The notes: a model not told the origin generated them from the letters alone. 32,000 nucleotides of DNA from Geotalea daltonii FRC-32 (GCF_000022265.1 NC_011979.1:2580001-2612000); one strand, 5' to 3'; counted from the first letter of the stretch, positions 7,246 through 15,154 are shown. Numbers and translations are program-made.

Positions 7246-7768
7246 GCGCGGTGTCGTCCCCTTTGGGGCAATTGTTTTCAAGGAAACCAATGAAGTCGAT
7301 GTGGCTGTTGATGAAGGTCAGGTTATACCTGCTCTCGTAGAGGAGCAGCGCACTGGCCGCAAAAAGAAACAACCCGCCGAGAAGGGCTATTGCTGTGGAA
7401 ATCCAGCTGGTTTCCGGGCTGCCGAATGCCACATTGAAGGCTATGGCCAGGCTGGAAGCGATGAAAAGGGCGGTTGCGGTATAAAGGGCTGCCAGTGACC
7501 GCTGGATGAGGATGGAGCGCACCCGCTGCCTGGCCAGTTGCTGACGGATATGAGTCAGCCGCTCTTCGTGCAGGGTGAACTTTCCCACCAGCATCCCTTC
7601 CACCTCGCTCTTCATGGAATTTACCCGGTCGAAAAGCCGTCCCAATCGGCCAGAGGTGGAAAAGATCAGGGTGCCGCAGGCGGATATCAGCACCGCCGGG
7701 GTGATCATGGAAGCAAGGATGTGGCTGCTGGAGAGTGCTTCCAGCAGTTCCTTCTCATGTATGGCCAT
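7229..7768 (-). CDS. DUF2721 domain-containing membrane protein
   Basis: ITPAVLISACGTLIFSTSGRLGRLFDRVNSM matches my recollection of the DUF2721 signature. There is a central coiled segment and C-terminal TM helices. Confidence 0.7.
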   Translation of the reverse strand: MAIHEKELLEALSSSHILASMITPAVLISACGTLIFSTSGRLGRLFDRVNSMKSEVEGMLVGKFTLHEERLTHIRQQLARQRVRSILIQRSLAALYTATALFIASSLAIAFNVAFGSPETSWISTAIALLGGLFLFAASALLLYESRYNLTFINSHIDFIGFLENNCPKGDDTAPKPPE

Positions 7769-7791
7769 AGATTTAACCTTTATGCCGGCTC

Positions 7792-8676
7792 TTAATCCCG
7801 GTATCTTTTCAAAAGATCGCCGTAGTCATCAATGCGCCGATCGCGCAGGAACGGCCAGATACGGCGGACGTTTTCGCTGCGGTCGCCATCGATCTTTACC
7901 ACCAGCACCTCTTCCCCTTCATTTTTCCCTTGAGCCAGGAATTCTCCCTGGGGACCGGCAACGAAACTGTTGCCCCAGAACTCAATCCCTGCCCCCACCT
8001 TGCTTGGATCTGCTTCGAAACCGACCCGATTGACGCTCACCACCGGAATACCATTGGCTACGGCATGGCTGCGCTGGATGGTGATCCAGGCATCCAACTG
8101 CCGCTTTTTTTCAGCATCGTTATCATTGGGGTCCCAGCCGATGGCGGTGGGGTAGATGAGTAGTTCTGCCCCGGCCAGGGCCATCAGCCGGGCCGCTTCC
8201 GGATACCACTGGTCCCAGCAGACCAGCACCCCCAGCTTGCCTGCCGAAGTCTGTATCGGCTCGAAGCCCAGGTCACCGGGGGTAAAATAGAACTTCTCGT
8301 AAAAGGCGGGGTCGTCGGGGATATGCATTTTCCGGTATTTCCCGGCGATGGAACCGTCCTTTTCCAGCACCACCGCCGTGTTGTGGTAGAGTCCGGGCGC
8401 GCGCCGCTCAAAAAGGGAGGTGACGATCACCACCCCCAACTCCTTGGCAATGGCGCCGAATTCCTCGGTGGATGGGCCGGGAATGGACTCTGCCAGATCG
8501 AAGCAGTCGGTATCCTCCGTCTGACAAAAATAGGGGCCGCAGTGCAGCTCCTGCAGGACGACAAGTTCCGCACCTTTCGCGGCAGCTTCCCTGATGCCGG
8601 CTATGGTTTTGGAAATGGTTTCTTTCCTGTCGGCACTGCAGCTCTGCTGAACCAGGCCGATGACGATGTTTTTCAT
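7792..8676 (-). CDS. aguB: N-carbamoylputrescine amidase (carbon-nitrogen hydrolase)
   Basis: CN-hydrolase catalytic context (VVLQELH, KMHIPDDP, VLVCWDQWYPE). Length is 294 aa. It lies directly downstream of agmatine deiminase. Confidence 0.88.
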   Translation of the reverse strand: MKNIVIGLVQQSCSADRKETISKTIAGIREAAAKGAELVVLQELHCGPYFCQTEDTDCFDLAESIPGPSTEEFGAIAKELGVVIVTSLFERRAPGLYHNTAVVLEKDGSIAGKYRKMHIPDDPAFYEKFYFTPGDLGFEPIQTSAGKLGVLVCWDQWYPEAARLMALAGAELLIYPTAIGWDPNDNDAEKKRQLDAWITIQRSHAVANGIPVVSVNRVGFEADPSKVGAGIEFWGNSFVAGPQGEFLAQGKNEGEEVLVVKIDGDRSENVRRIWPFLRDRRIDDYGDLLKRYRD

Positions 8677-8704
8677 ACGTTACCTCTTTTATCTGCATCA
8701 ATAT

Positions 8705-9736
8705 TTATATAAGCGTTCCTTTGGGCAACTGCATGGTGACGCAATGCAGTGAGCCATGCTGGAGGATCAGCGGCAGGCAATCAATGCCGATTACCTCATG
8801 CCTGGGGAAGGCCTCAGCTATGGCTGCCAGGGCTGCCCGATCGCTGTTATCCTGATAGGTGGGGACCAGCACCGCGTTATTGATGATGAGAAAGTTGGCG
8901 TAGGTGGCCGGCAGACGCTCCCCATCCTCGTCATATTTGGCCTCCGGCCAGGGGAGCGGCACCAGCCTGTAAGGACGCCCTTCCCTGGTTCTGAAACGGA
9001 CAAGTTCCTCCTCCATGGCTTTCAGCGCCTGATAATGCTCATCCTGAGGGTCGTCGCACCTGACATAGGCAATGGTGTCGTCCGGGCAGAGCCTGGCCAG
9101 GGTATCGATGTGGCTGTCCGTATCATCTCCTGCCAAAAAACCGTTTTCCAGCCAGAGGAAGTGTCCTGCACCCAGGAGCTCGGCCAGGGCCGTTTCAATG
9201 TCCGTTTTGCCGAGGTGCGGGTTACGGTTGGCATCCAACAGGCATTCGGCGGTGGTAAGTATGGTGCCTCTGCCATCACTTTCAATGCTTCCACCTTCCA
9301 GGATCAGGCCGACGGTTTTCAGCGGTATAGAGCCGAAAATCCCCCCCTCATGGAGTCGGCGGCTCACCTGGTTGTCTCTATCGGCGGCAAATTTCAATCC
9401 CCAGCCGTTGAAACCGAAATCCAGCAGGAGTGTTTTTTTGCCCTCCTGGACCGTAATCGGGCCGAAATCCCTCGACCAGGTGTCATTGGTAGGCAGCTGC
9501 CTGAAAAAGATCCTTTCCATCACTGCACCGGCATCTTTGAGCTTGTCTGCAACAGGTGAGGTCTCGGGAGCAACGACCACTACCCTTTCCTGGCGGCTGA
9601 TCTGCTTGGCAATTTCCACGAAAACCGGTTCCACCGCCCCGAGCCACGGCCGCCAGTCACTGTCTTCGTGGGGCCATGCCACCAGCACCCCATCCTGTTC
9701 TTCCCATTCTGCGGGTAATCTTGCCATTGTTGCCAT
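8705..9736 (-). CDS. aguA: agmatine deiminase
   Basis: PAEWEEQDGVLVAWPH and DTWSRDFGP motifs, with C-terminal catalytic GSLHCVTMQ. The ATG at 9727 (MARLPAEW) has the better SD spacing and is an alternative start. Confidence 0.9.
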   Translation of the reverse strand: MATMARLPAEWEEQDGVLVAWPHEDSDWRPWLGAVEPVFVEIAKQISRQERVVVVAPETSPVADKLKDAGAVMERIFFRQLPTNDTWSRDFGPITVQEGKKTLLLDFGFNGWGLKFAADRDNQVSRRLHEGGIFGSIPLKTVGLILEGGSIESDGRGTILTTAECLLDANRNPHLGKTDIETALAELLGAGHFLWLENGFLAGDDTDSHIDTLARLCPDDTIAYVRCDDPQDEHYQALKAMEEELVRFRTREGRPYRLVPLPWPEAKYDEDGERLPATYANFLIINNAVLVPTYQDNSDRAALAAIAEAFPRHEVIGIDCLPLILQHGSLHCVTMQLPKGTLI

Positions 9737-9840
9737 CCCTGATCGGAACTATAAAAAAAGGAAGTATATGGAAAAGAAGCTGAAAATGCAATTGCCAAGG
9801 GGTCTCTTTCCCCTGCAAATTAAACGGGTATAATTTTAAC

Positions 9841-11040
9841 ATGATTCGAATTGAAGCTGCCAAAGGTGAGGCTGTTGCTGCCCAGCGGGTGGAAATAGTC
9901 GAGCGAAAGGGGATCGGGCACCCTGATTACATCTGCGATGCGGTCATGGACGCCATTTCCGTCGCTTTATCCCAGGAATACCTGCGCCGGTTCGGCACCA
10001 TCCTTCATCATAACATCGACAAGAGCCTTCTCGCTGCAGGCAGGGTGGAGAAGCATTTCGGCGGCGGCAGAATTCTGCAGCCGATGGAAATGATTATTGG
10101 CGACCGTGCCACATTCAGAGCCTTCGGGGAAGAGGTGGCGGTTGGCGAAATAGCAGTGTCTGCAGCAAAAAGATGGTTTATCGACAATCTGCGCTTTGTC
10201 GATCCCGATCATGATCTGAATTACAGGGTTGTACTGGCTCCCGGTTCCGAAGAGCTGACCGGCATCTTTGCCCGGCCCGGTCAGACCCGGGTTTCCAACG
10301 ATACTTCCGCTGCCGTCGGCTATTATCCACTGAGCGCCACGGAACAATTGGTGCTCGATCTGGAACATTACCTTAATTCTAATGGCTTCAAGGGTGATTT
10401 TCCCGACACCGGCGAAGATGTGAAAATCATGGGGCTCAGGCAGGACGACTCCCTTGAATTGACTGTCGCCATGCCGCTGCTGGCCCGGTTCATAGGGTCC
10501 GAGCAAGAATACTTCGCAAGAAAAACCTCGATAGTAAAGGCAATGCAGGAATTTATCGCAACTGGCAAATATAGTTTCAAGACCGGTATTGCATACAACT
10601 GTCTGGATGTGCCCGGCATGGGGCTTGACGGCATTTATCTCAGTCTGCTTGGTACATCTGCCGAAGATGCAGATTCGGGCCAAGTAGGCCGTGGCAACAG
10701 GGTCAATGGCCTGATTTCCATGAACAGGCCCATGGGAACTGAGGCCGCAGCCGGTAAGAACCCGGTTAGCCACGTGGGCAAGATTTACAATTTCCTGGCA
10801 AACCATCTTGCCCGGGAAATCTACCAAAGCACCGACAGGATCCAGGAGGTATATGTACTGCTCCTGAACAGGATCGGTACCCCCATAGATCAGCCGCAGA
10901 TGGTCTCAGTCCGCTTATTGATGGAAGATGGACTGACAGTGGATCTCCGGAATAGTGTCGAAGAAATTATTCATCGCAATCTGGACCGGATGGGTGATTT
11001 TTGCCTGACTCTGGCCCGTGGCGAATTTCCTGTCTGCTAA
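9841..11040 (+). CDS. archaeal-type methionine adenosyltransferase (S-adenosylmethionine synthase, PF01941-like)
   Basis: Collinear by eye with Methanocaldococcus MAT: VERKGIGHPDYICD, FGTILHHN, NDTSAAVGYYPLS, GEDVKIMGLR, GTSAEDADSGQVGRGNRVNGLI, GKNPVSHVGKIYN. It is not the bacterial MetK fold signature. Confidence 0.9.
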   Translation: MIRIEAAKGEAVAAQRVEIVERKGIGHPDYICDAVMDAISVALSQEYLRRFGTILHHNIDKSLLAAGRVEKHFGGGRILQPMEMIIGDRATFRAFGEEVAVGEIAVSAAKRWFIDNLRFVDPDHDLNYRVVLAPGSEELTGIFARPGQTRVSNDTSAAVGYYPLSATEQLVLDLEHYLNSNGFKGDFPDTGEDVKIMGLRQDDSLELTVAMPLLARFIGSEQEYFARKTSIVKAMQEFIATGKYSFKTGIAYNCLDVPGMGLDGIYLSLLGTSAEDADSGQVGRGNRVNGLISMNRPMGTEAAAGKNPVSHVGKIYNFLANHLAREIYQSTDRIQEVYVLLLNRIGTPIDQPQMVSVRLLMEDGLTVDLRNSVEEIIHRNLDRMGDFCLTLARGEFPVC

Positions 11041-11189
11041 TGGGAGTCACCGCACAGGACACTCGCTGTCTGCTGATTATCCCCCATTGCTCTTTTCTGC
11101 TGATGAAAAAAGTTCCAGAAAAAGCAAAAAAATAATTGCAAAAAAAATTAATACGATATAATTATAAATCATTAAATCTTGCTAAGGAA

Positions 11190-11411
11190 ATGATGATGGG
11201 CATTCTCGTTCTATTTAAGGACAATATTTACGATGTCGTCGCCGATGAACATCTGGATGAACTGATAGCTGAGCATAAAATAATCGGCTTTCATCGGTCT
11301 ACGGAATGGGTGCAGATCGGTCGCGATCCGCTGAGGAGCGCTAAAACGGAATACAGAGCGAAAGAAAGAAGAAGCGATTCCAAATCAAGGGAAACGGCTT
11401 CCTCTCACTGA
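11190..11411 (+). CDS. small hypothetical protein (73 aa)
   Basis: AAGGA lies before an ATGATGATG run. MMMGILVLFKDNIYDVVADEHLDELIAEHKIIGFHRS resembles small conserved Geobacter-type hypotheticals (from memory only). The tail is basic. Confidence 0.6.
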   Translation: MMMGILVLFKDNIYDVVADEHLDELIAEHKIIGFHRSTEWVQIGRDPLRSAKTEYRAKERRSDSKSRETASSH

Positions 11412-11447
11412 ATATATTTTGCTGGCAAGGCTGCAAAGGGGTGTAGG

Positions 11448-12263
11448 ATGAAAACCTTCTATTCCGGAGTGATTTTTTTCTGGGTGATTTTTTTCTCCAA
11501 CTGGGCGTTGGCTGAAATTAATCGGGACGCTGCAGCAGTCTATGAAGGGGGGGACATAGCCTCCATCAGAGGTGGTGCGGCAGAGGGAAACAGTGCGGAT
11601 TTCTTTGAGATCGATGATATTTCACCAGTGGAAAAGCAGAATCGCGTTTCATTGATAAAGAAAGCAGCTCGCGATGGCTATGCCCAGGCCCAATATGAAC
11701 TGGGTTGCATGCTTTTTACCGGGTGGGGCATTGAAAAAGACAGGCGGGAAGCGATCCGCTGGTTTTTGGAGGCTGCAGGGCATCACCATGCACAGGCGCA
11801 AAATGCCCTTGGGCTGGCATATTCAAGTGGTGAAGGGGTCAGGCAGGACGATACGGAAGGTGCCAGGTGGTTCCGCCTGGCTGCCGAACAGGGTGATGTG
11901 GATGCCCAGTTCAACCTGAGCTGCATGTATTACAATGGCTGGGGAGTGGAGCAGGACAAGCATGAGGCGGCAAAATGGTGCATGAAGGCAGCCGCTCAGG
12001 GCGATCCGCAGGCCCAATGCGTCCTTGGGTCCATGTATGTGAGAAACGAAGGGGTAAAACAGGACCTGAAAGAGGCCATGAGGTGGTTCCGCAGGGGAGC
12101 GGAGCAGGGGAATCCGATCGCCCAACACAACCTGGCCGTCCTCTATGAAGACGGCAAAGGAGTGGAGAAGAACCTACGCGAAGCGATAAAGTGGTATCGC
12201 CAGGCGGCAGAGCAGGGGTTGCCCCAATCCCGGGAGGCATTGGCGCTGCTGGGGGAAAAATAG
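11448..12263 (+). CDS. secreted Sel1-like repeat (SLR/TPR-family) protein
   Basis: N-terminal signal peptide, then about 5 tandem 36-aa units of the form A..W..KAAEQG...AQ..LG.MY..G.GV..D...A. Confidence 0.88.
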   Translation: MKTFYSGVIFFWVIFFSNWALAEINRDAAAVYEGGDIASIRGGAAEGNSADFFEIDDISPVEKQNRVSLIKKAARDGYAQAQYELGCMLFTGWGIEKDRREAIRWFLEAAGHHHAQAQNALGLAYSSGEGVRQDDTEGARWFRLAAEQGDVDAQFNLSCMYYNGWGVEQDKHEAAKWCMKAAAQGDPQAQCVLGSMYVRNEGVKQDLKEAMRWFRRGAEQGNPIAQHNLAVLYEDGKGVEKNLREAIKWYRQAAEQGLPQSREALALLGEK

Positions 12264-12314
12264 TTGGTGCCAGCCGGTGATCTTTGAATTTAGCCATTAC
12301 GTTTCATTTGAAGA

Positions 12315-12350
12315 CAAAAAAGCCGCGCCCTGAAGGATGCGGCTTTTTTG
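12315..12350. terminator. bidirectional Rho-independent terminator
   Basis: AAAAAA-AGCCGC-loop-GCGGCT-TTTTTT lies between convergent genes ending at 12263 (+) and 12367 (-). Confidence 0.75.
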
Positions 12351-12366
12351 CCGGCAAGAGATAAAT

Positions 12367-12615
12367 TTATTTTGCAGGTGCAGCGGGGGCAGCCGGAGTA
12401 GCGGCAGGTGTTTCTTCTTTCTTCTCGGCTTTTTTGGCTGCTTTTTTCTTAGCCACTTTTTTCTTAGCCGGCTTCTTCACTTCCTGGGCAATGGGCGGAT
12501 GTCCGGCGGGCAGACCTGCAGGAGCTGCTTCTTTAGCAGGCTCAGCGGCGAAAACTACTCCGGCAAAGGCAATGGCTACGAGTGCTGCAACGACAGATGA
12601 CAGAACTTTCTTCAT
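12367..12615 (-). CDS. exported Lys/Ala/Pro-rich low-complexity miniprotein (82 aa)
   Basis: GGGGAG SD 6 nt before the ATG. Sec-type signal MKKVLSSVVAALVAIAFAGVVFA. The mature part is AEPAKEAAPAG...KKPAKKKVAKKKAAKKAEKKEETPAATPAAPAAPAK. A terminator lies immediately after the stop. Confidence 0.7.
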   Translation of the reverse strand: MKKVLSSVVAALVAIAFAGVVFAAEPAKEAAPAGLPAGHPPIAQEVKKPAKKKVAKKKAAKKAEKKEETPAATPAAPAAPAK

Positions 12616-12841
12616 GATTTTCTCCCCTTACATTAATTTTTTACTTCACAGAGCACATAGCATGCCTGCGTTCCTTTTGCAACTTGTTGTTTCCACTTCC
12701 ATGGGGCGGCATAGTGCCGGAAAAGGTCTGTGTAACTTGAAGTTGGCCTACGATATACCTGAATTCAGCAAAGTCTGAGGAGCCGGTGCTCCATGCTCCG
12801 CTGCTGAAAATTTTTCAACAGCCTGCCAAAGGAGTCTTGCC

Positions 12842-13123
12842 ATGCGCGTCTATGCCTGCCGGATCCAGCTTTTTCTGACGGCGCAAACACTTAAGGAAAA
12901 AAGGGGGATCATCAAGAGCGTCCTGGCCAGGAGTCGCAACAGGTTCAATGTTGCCGCGGCGGAGGTCGAGCACCATGACCGCAAGGATACGGCAGTTCTG
13001 GCATTTGCCACCGTGGCTGAGAGTGGGGTCATTGCCCGTCGCCTGCTGGAGCGCCTGGAAGAGTGGCTGGTGGAGGAACGGCCTGATGTGGAGGTAGCGG
13101 CTGTGGAGATTGAGGAACGATGA
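12842..13123 (+). CDS. DUF503 domain-containing protein (YlxP-like)
   Basis: 93 aa. MRVYACRIQLFL..AQTLKEKRGIIKSV..R.RNRFNVAAAEV is typical of DUF503. AAGGAG SD present. Confidence 0.8.
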   Translation: MRVYACRIQLFLTAQTLKEKRGIIKSVLARSRNRFNVAAAEVEHHDRKDTAVLAFATVAESGVIARRLLERLEEWLVEERPDVEVAAVEIEER

Positions 13124-13237
13124 TCCGGCATTAATTTGCAATTCATATGGTGCATGATAACGTTTAGGGAGAAAGATCGGTCAATGAGCATTCATTCAAA
13201 GTATTCATTACTGCTAAAGAAAACGGGAGAAATGATT

Positions 13238-13813
13238 ATGACTTATGCCGCTAAGGATTACTCGAAACTAAAGGGTATGGAAGGTTTCAGCGACGCCCTT
13301 CTCAACAATCACTTTACTCTCTATCAGGGGTATGTGACCAATACCAACAAGGTGTTGGAACTTCTGGAGCAGTTGCTCAAGGAGGATAAGGGGGCGACAC
13401 CGGCATTCGGCGAACTGAAAAGGCGTCTGGGCTGGGAATTCAACGGCATGCGCCTGCATGAATACTACTTTGAGAACCTGGGCAAACCGGCGGGTGAAAT
13501 GGGATCCAAATTCCGGCAAAAGGTTGCCGAAAGCTTCGGCACCCTTGAGCTATGGGAAAAGGATTTCAGGGCGACCGGCGCCATGCGCGGCATCGGTTGG
13601 GCAGTCCTTTACCAGGACCCCGACAGCGGCAGGCTCATCAACTTCTGGATCAACGAGCATGATACCGCCCACCCGTCAGGGGGTAACCCGCTTTTGATCA
13701 TGGATGTGTTCGAACATGCCTTCATGCTGGATTACGGGCTGAAGCGGGCAGACTACATCGAGGCGTTTTTCAAAAACATCAATTGGCAGGCAGTGGAGGC
13801 ACGGATCAAATAG
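13238..13813 (+). CDS. Fe/Mn-family superoxide dismutase (divergent short form)
   Basis: Candidate metal ligands NNHF, RLHEYYF and MDVFEHAF (D-x3-H). 191 aa from the ATG at 13238, which has a GGGAGA SD. The upstream part of ORF 13136-13813 is unlikely to be coding. Confidence 0.8.
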   Translation: MTYAAKDYSKLKGMEGFSDALLNNHFTLYQGYVTNTNKVLELLEQLLKEDKGATPAFGELKRRLGWEFNGMRLHEYYFENLGKPAGEMGSKFRQKVAESFGTLELWEKDFRATGAMRGIGWAVLYQDPDSGRLINFWINEHDTAHPSGGNPLLIMDVFEHAFMLDYGLKRADYIEAFFKNINWQAVEARIK

Positions 13814-13840
13814 TTTCCATCCGGAAACGGCTCTTTTTTG
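13813..13840 (+). terminator. Rho-independent terminator of the SOD gene
   Basis: GTTTCC-ATCC-GGAAAC followed by GGCTCTTTTTTG, starting at the stop codon. Confidence 0.6.
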
Positions 13841-13930
13841 TCCTGGCGGTGTCAACCTGCGGGCTTGCTTGTGCGGCGTACTGATGTACGCCTCCGCGCA
13901 ACCCCTTGATTTCCTTGCCAGGACAAAAAA
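13834..13930. repeat. 97-bp palindromic element (14-bp perfect terminal inverted repeat enclosing REP-like hairpin copy B)
   Basis: TTTTTTGTCCTGGC (13834-13847) is the exact reverse complement of GCCAGGACAAAAAA (13917-13930). The inner hairpin is GGCGTAC-TGAT-GTACGCC (13875-13892) with the same arms as 2363-2386. Confidence 0.7.
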
Positions 13931-13956
13931 TCCCTCATTTCCGATCTGGAAACTGC

Positions 13957-13990
13957 TAGTGTCACATCCGGAGTTTCCGGATGGACACTA
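13957..13990. repeat. hairpin with TAGTGTC/GACACTA base, upstream of the DJ-1/PfpI gene
   Basis: TAGTGTC-A-CATCCGGA-GTT-TCCGGATG-GACACTA. It shares the CTAGTGTCAC motif with the hairpin at 14521-14575. Confidence 0.6.
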
Positions 13991-14024
13991 AATAGTCAGC
14001 AACAGAGCTGACGAGGAGGACAAA

Positions 14025-14525
14025 ATGAAAGCATTGTTCATCAGTGCAGACAATTTTGAGGACTCCGAGCTGCTGGTACCATATTATCGCCTCAAGGAGG
14101 CAGGTGTGGACGTTGTCCTCGCCTCCGTGAAAACCGGTCTCATCAAGGGCAAGCATGGCTATGAAGTGCCGGTGGATATGACTCTTGGCGAGGTGAAGCC
14201 AGCTGATTACACCATTTTAGTCCTGCCCGGAGGCAAGGCCCCGGAAACCGTAAGAAAGGAAGCCAAGGCCCAGGAAATTGCCCGTTTTTTCTTCGAGCAG
14301 AACAAACCGGTGGCGGCAATCTGTCACGGACCGCAGACACTGATATCCGCCGGTTTGCTCAGGGGGCGAAAGGCCACCTGCTACAATACGGTGGTTGACG
14401 AACTGAAAGAAGCCGGAGCCCGTTATGAAGACACGGAGGTGGTTGTCGACGGCAATCTGGTGACTTCCCGTGAGCCTGGCGACCTTCCTGCATTCATGCG
14501 CGAGATGATGAAAAAGCTGCACTAG
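14025..14525 (+). CDS. DJ-1/PfpI family protein (type 1 glutamine amidotransferase-like / intracellular protease)
   Basis: 166 aa. FEDSELLVPYYRL, VLPGG, nucleophile elbow AAICHGPQ and NLVTSR. GAGGAGG SD present. Confidence 0.88.
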   Translation: MKALFISADNFEDSELLVPYYRLKEAGVDVVLASVKTGLIKGKHGYEVPVDMTLGEVKPADYTILVLPGGKAPETVRKEAKAQEIARFFFEQNKPVAAICHGPQTLISAGLLRGRKATCYNTVVDELKEAGARYEDTEVVVDGNLVTSREPGDLPAFMREMMKKLH

Positions 14526-14575
14526 TGTCCCGTGCGGTTAGTTCACCGAAAGAATTAGCCGCACGTGACACTAGT
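14521..14575. repeat. intercistronic hairpin with ACTAGTGTC/GACACTAGT base
   Basis: ACTAGTGTC-C-CGTGCGG ... CCGCACG-T-GACACTAGT gives a 9+7 bp stem with one mismatch and a loop of about 21 nt. It starts at the DJ-1 stop codon. No T-tract follows. Confidence 0.65.
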
Positions 14576-14592
14576 CGCCAAGGAGCCTCAAA

Positions 14593-15003
14593 ATGGGAAA
14601 AAACGGATTTATCGGTATGGCCCTTCTATGTCTCGCTTTTGCCTTTAATGCCCATGGAGAAGAAAAAGCCTTCCGGGCAGTTCCCGATAATGATGGAGTC
14701 CAGCAGGTTGATGTGGTCGGGGGGAGCTATTTCTTCACTCCCAAACATATTGTGGTAAAGGCCAACTTGCCTGTGGAACTGAAGGTCAGGAAAGAGCCGG
14801 GAGCTGTTCCCCATACCATTGTACTCCGGGCGCCGGATGCGGGAATTGACTTTGCCGTGGAGCTGGATAAGGAACCCAAAACGGTAAAATTTACGCCGAC
14901 CAAAGTGGGGAGGTATCAGTTTTTCTGTGACAAAAAACTTCCTTTTCTGGAAAGTCACCGGGAAAAGGGTATGTTCGGTATTCTGGAAGTGGTCGCTCAG
15001 TAA
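14593..15003 (+). CDS. secreted cupredoxin-domain (blue-copper-like) protein
   Basis: Signal peptide MALLCLAFAFNAHG. Candidate Cu ligands are H in PHTIVL, C in FFCDKK, H in ESHREKG and M in GMFG. AAGGAG SD present. Confidence 0.75.
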   Translation: MGKNGFIGMALLCLAFAFNAHGEEKAFRAVPDNDGVQQVDVVGGSYFFTPKHIVVKANLPVELKVRKEPGAVPHTIVLRAPDAGIDFAVELDKEPKTVKFTPTKVGRYQFFCDKKLPFLESHREKGMFGILEVVAQ

Positions 15004-15030
15004 ATTTGAGGTTCCAGGCAAATATCATTC

Positions 15031-15068
15031 AGGCGAAGCAGCTGTTTTGCTCCGCCTGTTTTTGTTTT
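15031..15068 (+). terminator. Rho-independent terminator
   Basis: AGGCGAAGCA-loop7-TGCTCCGCCT (9 of 10 pairs) followed by GTTTTTGTTTT. Confidence 0.8.
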
Positions 15069-15154
15069 CCCGCCCCAGGTTTCAATTATCCCCTTTCCAA
15101 GGCGCTTGAACGGTGCTATTTACTGTTTATTTCTTAAAGCAGTGGAGTTGATCG

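Noticed and set aside
8756-9833. Long antisense ORFs opposite real genes. Examples are 8756-9559 and 9072-9833 (+) opposite aguA, 9967-10827 (-), 15734-16452 (-), 17228-18151 (-), 20485-21357 (-), 23626-24345 (-) and 24249-25214 (-)
   Set aside because: These are shadow frames typical of GC-rich coding DNA. Each lies fully inside a gene with strong motif support on the other strand, and their products are low-complexity and rich in Arg, Gly and Pro.
11136-11162. Sigma-70-like promoter TTGCAA-N15-TATAAT upstream of the 73-aa gene
   Set aside because: The hexamers are good but the spacer is only 15 bp in an A/T-rich stretch where such matches arise by chance. It is not reported as a feature.
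12337-12778. Plus-strand ORFs 12337-12600 and 12434-12778 opposite the Lys/Ala/Pro-rich gene
   Set aside because: They are mirror images of the lysine-codon repeats, giving poly-Phe/Leu products. They have no SD. The signal peptide, the SD and the terminator placement all favour the minus-strand gene.
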